From: Octopus sinensis
Taxonomy: Eukaryota
Direction of reading: 5' to 3'
NCBI RefSeq assembly: GCF_006345805.1
Contig: NC_043014.1
Span: forward strand, 52,142,001-52,206,000
DNA length: 64,000 nt
Shown here: positions 55,683 to 64,000 of the stretch, piece by piece
Numbering within the stretch: the first letter of the stretch is position 1
How the letters are laid out: every line of letters starts with the position of its first letter
Made by a program: the position numbers and the translations under genes
The notes under the pieces: generated by a model
What the model saw: the letters and a program-made list of their open reading frames with translations, nothing else
The model's database searches: none
Told to the model about the DNA's origin: nothing

Positions 55683-57109
55683 TTATGCGCGCCTCCCCCA
55701 CCAAAAAAGTTATACATAAGATATATATCAACTCAGTGTATTGATATGCACTTAGATACTAAAACATATTAAACTAACAGATATGTTGATTGCGAATTTC
55801 AATATGTTGTTATTTCTCATTACACGTAAAAAAAGTGATCGCCCGCCATGTTTGATCACAATCACCTCTGCATTGCTTCATGTATTAAGTTTAGCAAATA
55901 TATACACTTTTACTAGTTTTTGGTGACTTTTTTTTAGTTCCTTGACATTACACTTATATTTTTGCATGACTTTACTGAAAATGAAAATCAGATTTTGTGT
56001 TAAATTGGAAACCAGCTTGGAGCTTATGTGAAATGTAATAGAGTTTCTGTTAGTCTTTGAATATGACGTCTGGTAGATTACTAACACGCATGCACACACA
56101 TACACACACACACACACATATACATATATATAAGTGTACGTGTGCGCTTCCGTGTGAATACATCCATGTGTATGTGTGTGTATTCATATGTATGTAGACA
56201 ATATTGTACTTGCCCTTAGCAGTTTATTATCAAGTGATCGTCACAAAGAAAATAGTATTAGTAAAAACCTACCGTTACAGCAACAAGAACTACTAATACT
56301 ACTACTATCGACAACAACATAGATGATCTGAAATTTTACACCAAAATATGTAAAACACTGTGATTCTCCTGTTGTTCAAACACTATGGAAATTTAGTGAA
56401 TATATTTTTCTGCAGTTTGAGTTCAATAAGTGTGTTCTGTCTGTTATGAAGAGAATTCGAAAAGATATATATGACGAAATAAGTCAGCGAAATACTTTAA
56501 CATTAAATCACAGACATAGGATAAAGGAAGCAAGCGCCGAGGCGGGGGTGCACAAGATACTAAAATAACAAGAAGTAAATTAACGCGGTATCGCTACATG
56601 TTAAAAGGTGTATTCTGGGAAATAGACATGTCACAAAGCAAAACAGAGTTAAGATTACCGAGATAATCAACATGCGACCCACGCAGTTTTGTGATTTTGA
56701 ATATTACTCCATCAATGTGAGCTGACAAAAGCAATACATAAATGACATGAAAATGTGAGGAGAACAAGAAGCTTTTTCACAATCATATTCTTAACACAAC
56801 CTGCGATGTAATATCGAAAAACATTATTTTCAAGACGGAAAACGCAAACGTTTCTTAAGTCTATAAGGAACTATCGGTGCAGTGATTTTGGCTTTGAATA
56901 GCTATATTTTCCGACTGGGAAAAGATTCGGTAGAACTAGACAAGTCGCAGAAATCAAGGAAAGGGTCAGAGATTTTGGGAATAGAAAGAAAAATGGCTGA
57001 AGGAATAGCTGGAGAGAAAGAACTCACTATGTGGTCAATTCGAGTGATAAATCAGGTTTTTTAAAGTAATAAATGCTGGCTGTGACAGAGATATAGAGAC
57101 CTGAAATGA

Positions 57110-57430
57110 TCGCTAATTCTTACAAAGTAAGAAAACAGCACAGCTCCCATGACTTCAGGAAATATGTTTTCACGCTGAGAGTTGCTGAAGCGTGGAACAA
57201 ACTGCCGGCATCGGTTATTAGTTGTCGGAGCACTGCATCCTTCAAAACTTCCATGCTTCCTGAGATTCGCCAACACTACACTTGATTTTCTCCCCTCCAT
57301 ACACACACAAGCATGTTCACTTTCCAGACATTTCTACATTACTGCATGTACTTTATATGCACTTTCTGACAAGTTGTGGTGCACCTGAGCACTGTATACA
57401 ATAATTTCATTATTATTATTATATTATTAT
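57110..57430 (+). mobile_element. CR1/L2-group LINE 3' end
   Basis: HDFRKYVFTLRVAEAWNKLPASVISCRSTASFKTSMLPEIRQHYT* matches the CR1-type ORF2 end (FxxRVxxxWNxLP...SFK); then a UTR and (ATT)n tail. Confidence 0.85.
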
Positions 57431-57696
57431 AGAGCCTCCCATAAACAAGTTATTACTACAAATATAGTGAAGGGAAAAACTTGGCAAATTTCAGAGGGAA
57501 AAAAAAAGACGAAATTGCTTCTTTATATTCTAAACGACTGCAATAAAGTAGCAAGCAAAATATATAAACGTAGATCTGACTGCGTCATTGGCAGGTTCAG
57601 AGGGATTGAAACGAAGATTGAGTTTGAAATGGTCAAAATGTGGTATTAAAAGTAACCCGGGGCTAATATTTTAAATGTGATAGTAACAGAGTCTGA

Positions 57697-57874
57697 GCAG
57701 GAGTGGCTGTGTGGTAAGTAGCTTGCTAACCAGCCACATGGTTCTGGGTTCAATCCCACTGCGTGGCATCTTGGGCAAGTGTCCTCTGCTATAGCCCCGG
57801 GCCGACCAATGCCTTGTGAGTGGATTTGGTAGACGGAAACTGAAAGAAGCCTGTCGTATATATGTATATATATA

Positions 57875-57905
<31 letters not shown>

Positions 57906-58116
57906 ATGTTTGTGTGTCTGTGTTTGTCCCCATAGCATTGCTTGACAACCGATGCTGGTGTGTTTACGTCCCCGTCACTTAGCGGTTCGGCAAAAGAGAC
58001 CGATAGAATAAGTACTGGGCTTACAAAGAATAAGTCCCGGGGTCAATTTGCTCGACTAAAAGGCGGTGCTCCAGCATGGCCGCAGTCAAATGACTGAAAC
58101 AAGTAAAAGAGTAAAG
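57697..58116 (+). mobile_element. SINE family A
   Basis: Full copy. Confidence 0.92.
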
Positions 58117-58190
58117 CTGTTGAAGTATGTTGACTAAGTAAGATCTTGCCAAGACAGAGGAAAAATATTTATAGTATTAGTATGCCATAT

Positions 58191-58450
58191 GTCCATGGGT
58201 GTAGTGGTTAAGAGTGCGGACTATTGACCCCCAAGATTCCGAGTTCGATTCCAGGCAGTGACTTGAATAATAATAAGAAGAAGAAGAAGAAAATACTTTA
58301 GGAATGAGAACACAGGTTCGACATTTCTGCAAGACACCTGATGAAGACTTGGGGTATATCAGCCGAAACGTTGTGTTAACAAGAAACAACATCAGGACAT
58401 ATATCCGTCCAATGTAAATAAAGTACATAATTCCTCATCTCCTAAATATA
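58191..58450 (+). mobile_element. tRNA-headed SINE-like element carrying a minimal hammerhead
   Basis: A-box-like tgggtgtagtgg, B-box gttcgattcc, AAT/AAG linker, then GACAC-CTGATGA...GAAACGTT-GTGTT. Confidence 0.6.
58333..58377 (+). ncRNA. Minimal type I hammerhead motif
   Basis: Stem I GACAC/GUGUU, core CUGAUGA, stem II gacu/agcc (1 mismatch), palindromic GAAACGUU in place of helix III. Confidence 0.6.
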
Positions 58451-59419
58451 GTACAGCAATAAGCTTTAATGATTATTCGAGTAACAATATCAAATATTTA
58501 CCAAAACATAGAATTGATATTTCCTGCAAGTCAGTTTGCTTCAATAAACTTCACATATCTGAATAAAAAAATAATTTCAAACAAGACATTCCTGAACAAA
58601 AGATAGATTGGTCTTTCTGCATTTAAGTGTAATGAAAATTTCAGCGGATTTAAATGATTTCCGCAGTAAAAAAGTTTTAAGAGATATTTAGATCAAGAGG
58701 ACAATAGATCGGCAGTAACTCTGCTTAAAATGCAGGATGTGCTGTTATTCACATCGATACAATGTGAATTACGTTCTCACCCATCAACAGCAAACTTAAA
58801 ATGAACACGGAATGAATACAGGAATATCATTGCAATAATACACTAGAATTTTTGCGGTAAATTTAGTTTTGGATGCAAAGAAAAATCTTTATTACCATTT
58901 AGTTGGCATAGAATTTCAAGCCGGCAAACATGCGGAAGTGACTTCACTTCTGCTATACAAACGAAAAGAAGAATAGAACACAGCAAGACGGATGTTGAAG
59001 TCTCCGATGGGAAATTGTATAGCGATCGGCGTTTCATGCTTATTCGATATCAGAAAATAAAATAACAAATAGCAGAATACCGTACCACGTTGAAGTAAGT
59101 GCTACAAGAAAGATTATAATAGCAGCGATTGTGATTGGAAGTTTTAGAAATAGTGTCAAAATAGCTGAGAAGAAACTTTCTAAAATTTTACCTTATCTTG
59201 GAAATAGTTTCAGGAAAAAATATTCGAAGAGTGCTCAAGTTTGTGAAAGAACACATACAAAGAGGTGGAAAACGATTTTTGCAGAAGGTACGAACTCTGC
59301 TCCTCTTCCTGCACTTTTGGTTTGATAAGTAGTATAATCCAAGCAGAAAAGGCGCCAATTGTTTGTTGCAATCGTCAACACTACTACTACTAATACTAAT
59401 AATAATAGGTACAAATTTT

Positions 59420-59782
59420 GCCACAAGGGCAGCGATTTTGAGGATGGAGATGTATCGATTAGATCGACACCAGTACGTAACGTATACTTAATTTATCGAC
59501 CCCGAATGGATAAAAGAATTTGAACTAAGAACGTAGCGGCAGACGAAATACCTATTTCTTTACTAACAACAATGGGCTAAACACAGAGGGGACAAACAAG
59601 GACAAACAGACGGATTAAGTCGATTACATCGACTCCAGTGCGTAACTGGTACTTATTTAATCGCACCTGAAAGTATGAAATGCAAAGTCGACCTCGGCGG
59701 AATTTGAACTCAGAACGTAGCCGCAGACGAAATACCGCTAAGCATTTCGCCCGGCGTCCTAATGATTCTGCTAGCTCACCAC
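59420..59782 (-). mobile_element. SINE family B dimer
   Basis: Two cores joined at gacgaaa|tacctatttct. Confidence 0.85.
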
Positions 59783-59786
59783 TCTC

Positions 59787-59817
<31 letters not shown>

Positions 59818-59904
59818 TGAGCTGAAACTAGATAAAATATAAATATAAAATATAATAATAATAATTATTATTTATAATGTTGATGATGATGATAATAATC
59901 AGAA

Positions 59905-60480
59905 ATCGAAACTGCTGACAAATGGTACAAGCACCAACTTGAGCTGTAAATCAGGGAGAAAATGTAATAATCCTTTGAGACTTTTCCAGTATGTATAGAC
60001 CGGACCATCAAAGTTAATAAACCAGATATTGTTGTGAAAGTCCAAAACAATAAAGTATGTTTATTGATTGACATGAGCTTACCCTGCGATCATAATATCT
60101 CGGCAAATGAATTTGATAAGGTCAGAAAATATAAAGACTAGCTGATCGAAATCATAAAGAAGTGACATCTCATAACAATTACAATACCAGTGGTTGTAGA
60201 AGCGCTGGAAATGATTAAAAAGAACTGAACATTATTCGAGAATGATCCCTGGCTTAACATCCATACAGGAAGTGCAACAGATTGTCTTAACCGGTTCGTC
60301 ACACGTACTGAGAAGTGCATTGTTGCTGTGAATTTTCTTGTCTTTTGCCCCTTTATTTTGTAGGTTTTGTTATTTTTTTATTTTTCCATTTTTGTCTATC
60401 ACTTTCTAACTGAACAATCTGAGAGTTTCTGTATCCTAGGTGTCAGGAAGGCACTCAGCAAGAAATGGAAGCAAAATACA
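59905..60480 (+). mobile_element. R4/Dong-like LINE 3' end (restriction-like endonuclease)
   Basis: KWYKHQ...IDRTIKVNKPDIVVKVQNNKVCLLIDMSLPCDHNISANEFDKVRKYKD...IPVVVEALEMIKK with stops; PD..D nuclease motif; flanked by TAA/TGA repeats. Confidence 0.85.
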
Positions 60481-60898
60481 AAGATGATGATGATGATGAT
60501 AATAATAATAATCTACAAGATCAGAAATCTCAAGGAATAGAATTAGTCGATTGAAAGAAATCGTCCTTTTACTGCTTGGAGATTAAATAGCTGTAATCAC
60601 CAAAATACGTATTTTTATTGAAGAATGGTTAAAAGTATAGAAAACAACTACAATATAAATGTGCTAAAATTTTGAGTCCAATGAATTTTTGTAGCAATCT
60701 TTCATGTTTCATGACCTTTCATAATTCGATGTGAAAAAACATCTTAAAAGCATGTAGCTGATTCTAATAAATGTCGATGTGTAAAAATATACTAAAGATT
60801 CTCAGGGAATGAATAGAAACTCAGGATGAAACCGAACGCAATACTTTGTGGCGTTAAAATTTATATGAATTTAATATTTTTATATTCTTCTTTTACAG

Positions 60899-61020
60899 CT
60901 ATACCAAAAAAGGTAGTTATAACAAGCGAGCAAGTAAGCGAGTACAGCGAGGCTTATCGGATTTCATGGACTGTTTGGTCAGCCAGTCAACTCGTTTCCA
61001 ACAAGATATTACTACGAATG
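60899..61020 (+). CDS. IgSF adhesion gene, visible exon 6 (FN3-like N-half)
   Basis: Acceptor tcttttacag, donor gtgagt; 122 nt, phase 1-0, compatible with exon 5; AIPKKVVITSEQVSEYSEAYRISWTVWSASQLVSNKILLRM resembles FN3 strands A-C (Y-x-I-S-W). Confidence 0.85.
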
Positions 61021-61045
61021 GTGAGTAAATATATAATATATACAA

Positions 61046-61264
61046 ACGAAGGGATGCTGAAAAGTTCCTGGTTTTGGAGAATAGAAAATACAAACGTGTC
61101 AATTAATTATACTTTTATTCAAAATATTCTCCCCTCAAATTCACACACTTATTCCAGCGGTCCTTCAGTTTTTCTAAGCCCCTTAAAATAACTTGGGATT
61201 TTGGGCCTCCAAACAGGTCCTTCGTGATCTTCTAAGCGCCAGAAACATTTCGGCACCCCTCGTT
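61046..61264. mobile_element. Tc1/mariner-type MITE
   Basis: Imperfect terminal inverted repeats acgaagggatgctgaaaagttcctgg and ccagaaacatttcggcacccctcgt. Confidence 0.75.
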
Positions 61265-62040
61265 TATAATTAAACAGTATATATCATTAAATTAGAATGT
61301 GATGTAAGCAGAGGAGATTGATTTATATTTCCCATAAGATTTTCATACGGTTACAGCCGTTTCGTAACAATCTTTATGTGGCATTCAGCTTAACATATAT
61401 GCACATGTTTCCATTAATAAACATATTGAACATTATACATCACTTTGTTATATTCACAAATTTATGCAAATATAGAAAAGTCACTTGCCAGGTCACCCGA
61501 AAAATCATGCCTATAACTACGATTCACGAATTGAATAAATCATCTGCTAATCTCATTCGAGTGTAGACATATTTGGTATATATTTGTGTACGTCTGTTTG
61601 TGTGCATGCTCATGTTTACTTCTTTGTTGTGTATGAGAATAAATTTCCTCAATTCTCCCGTCGAACAATCCAAAAGCGCGATGTAATGATATGAAATAAA
61701 GAGAAGTTTTTCACAATTGTACAAATCGGTTTTCGAACCCCAAAAATCTATGCCAATCTGATGCAATTACAGATGCATGTTGGAGCAGAAGGCTATATAA
61801 ATAACTAGCTCTGTGTCAATTTTGAGATACATAAGCACACGCGCACGTGCACAACAAGCACGCATGTGTTGTCTAAATTCAAATATATCAGTTGCTTTTG
61901 AGCAATGGAAAACGGAAAGCTTTTAACATAAAACTGGACCCTATATATATATATCAGGAGGCGTTGATGCTTCCTAGGGCTATACAGCGGCGGTGACACC
62001 CGTACTGTCACGTTCGGGTAGATTGACAGTATACAAACAA

Positions 62041-62140
62041 NNNNNNNNNNNNNNNNNNNNNNNNNNNNNNNNNNNNNNNNNNNNNNNNNNNNNNNNNNNN
62101 NNNNNNNNNNNNNNNNNNNNNNNNNNNNNNNNNNNNNNNN
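62041..62140. other. Assembly gap (100 N)
   Basis: Run of N. Confidence 1.
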
Positions 62141-62544
62141 GTACACACACATACACACATATATATACATATATACATACATGCAGATATACACATATTT
62201 TCATATATATGTACACGTATGTATGCATATCTAGATATATATATGTATGTAGTTATATACATTACATGTACATAAGTTGATATATACTCATATATATGTA
62301 TATATATATACACACACACGCACGCACGCACACACACGCATATATATTTATATATATCCATATATAGATATGTGTATTGTTCGCCTTGTCTACAATTCAT
62401 GCAAAAATATATAAATACTTACCAGCGTAGCAAAAATCACAGAAGAAAAAGGGGCATGGCACCATATTTTTTGAGGTAGAAACTCCTGGTTGATGAGAAA
62501 TATTTTGCATAATACATAAATAAATAAAAAAAGCTAAACACTGG

Positions 62545-62644
62545 TTTTATTCAAATTCTTTTACTTCCGACACATGTTTCGAAGATATCATTCGTTTTAT
62601 TCCAAAGAATAAACTGGTTCAAAACAACGTAATCTTCTCTTCTG
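62545..62644 (-). ncRNA. Degenerate hammerhead copy, inverted partner of 63467
   Basis: Minus strand cAGAAGA-GAAGAT...ATCTTC-GAAACATGTGTC-GGAA; U4 is mutated and the 5' strand of stem I is lost. Confidence 0.6.
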
Positions 62645-63466
62645 TTATCAAGTCGTGCAGGGTTAGGATTGGTTTTGTCAACACAAAAAATCACTGATAA
62701 ATTATCTCCTCACGTAATATTAGTCTGTTAAATAAGAATCCATTTTCAAATACTAACATTAATTCAGTTAATACCATCCATCTCACTAGAAATATTAATA
62801 ACAGGTTATTGTATCTGAGTCAATTCCAACAGAATTAAGTTTATGTCAAGTTATTCTGACATGAAAATCCATATTTACCGGTGTGAAATTAATTTAGGTA
62901 CCGATGCCTTTTTTTTTTATATAGGTACTACTCCTCAGTTATCTAAAAGAAATTCTTATCATTCATTACTCTACATTTAGGGATAGGAATAAACGGATGA
63001 GTGCAGGCTTATTGAATTAATCTGGTATCTAAAAGACAACAATGAACACTTTAATTTAGATTGGTTGATTCTCTCAATTTCGTTCCCATATGATAAAGGC
63101 AAGGAATTTTGTCTTCTCTGTAATTGTGATCTACTTTTATGCTTTGTTTTCTAAAATCCCCTTGTAAACACTGTTATAGATGTGTGCTTATCGATGTAAA
63201 CATTGTAAGAAAGATACCTTTAGTTCATAAACGTGATATATACAATTATTTATAATTTAAACATAGATTTTATTCATACGTTTCACTTTCACTAGATATA
63301 TCTTTTTCCAAGACTTTAAGGTTTTTATTTTACTCACATATCGTTCTATATTTCTCATTTATTTGGTTTCGTTTACCCCCTCTCCTCTAACTATATGATA
63401 CTATCCTATAACGTTTTTATTTTTAACTTAATAGCGTTCAGTTCATCACTTTACATATCCGTCGTA

Positions 63467-63551
63467 TTCCCTGAAGAGAAGATTACATTCTTTTAGACCA
63501 TTTTATTCCTTTGGAATAATAAGAATTATATATTCGAAACATGTGTCGGAA
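63467..63551 (+). ncRNA. Type I hammerhead ribozyme with extended stem II
   Basis: UUCC-CUGAAGA-GAA...(AUUCUU/AAGAAU, UUAUUCC/GGAAUAA)...UUC-GAAAC-AUGU-GUC-GGAA; palindromic ACAUGU at stem III; GUC cleavage triplet. Confidence 0.75.
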
Positions 63552-63587
63552 GTAAAAAAATTGAATAACACCTACGTTTATCTCCAT

Positions 63588-64000
63588 TTATATATATATA
63601 TTATATATATATACATATACATACATGTATATACATATATACATAAATCTATAGATATATAAATCTATAAATGCATATATATGTATATACATACTTATAT
63701 ACATATATAAGTGCATACATATACACACATATATACATGTATACACACACACACATATATATATATGCATACATATATATATATACACACACACATATAT
63801 ATATATATACATATATATATACACACACACATATATATATATATATACATATATATACATATATACATATATATATATACATATATATACATATGCATAC
63901 ATATATATATACATATATGCATACATATATGCATACATATAATATATTATATATTATATATACATGTGCAAAATATATATCATATATATAACATATGCAT
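63588..64000. repeat. (TA)n/(CA)n compound microsatellite
   Basis: Seen directly. Confidence 0.92.

Noticed and set aside
58080-58110. SINE A tail cagtc-aaat-gactg-aaac as a hammerhead
   Set aside because: No CUGANGA upstream in any copy; more likely a LINE-type 3' stem-loop.

Overview
AT-rich, microsatellite-dense animal genomic DNA, most likely a coleoid cephalopod such as Octopus; this is inferred from the SINE and repeat landscape and was not checked against a database. The window holds six + strand coding exons (18805-61020) of one immunoglobulin-superfamily cell-adhesion gene with 3 Ig domains plus the start of an FN3 domain (lachesin/klingon/wrapper-like architecture). Its signal-peptide and C-terminal exons were not found. 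The introns carry at least four SINE families, R4/Dong-like and CR1-like LINE remnants, a mariner-type MITE, minisatellites and a 100-N gap. Nearly all listed ORFs are repeat artefacts. The most unusual signal is a set of type I hammerhead-ribozyme motifs. They lie in outward-facing foldback units next to (TA)n tracts, after Penelope-like relics, and once directly behind a tRNA-like Pol III head, which suggests a ribozyme-carrying SINE/retrozyme system. All folds were done by eye.
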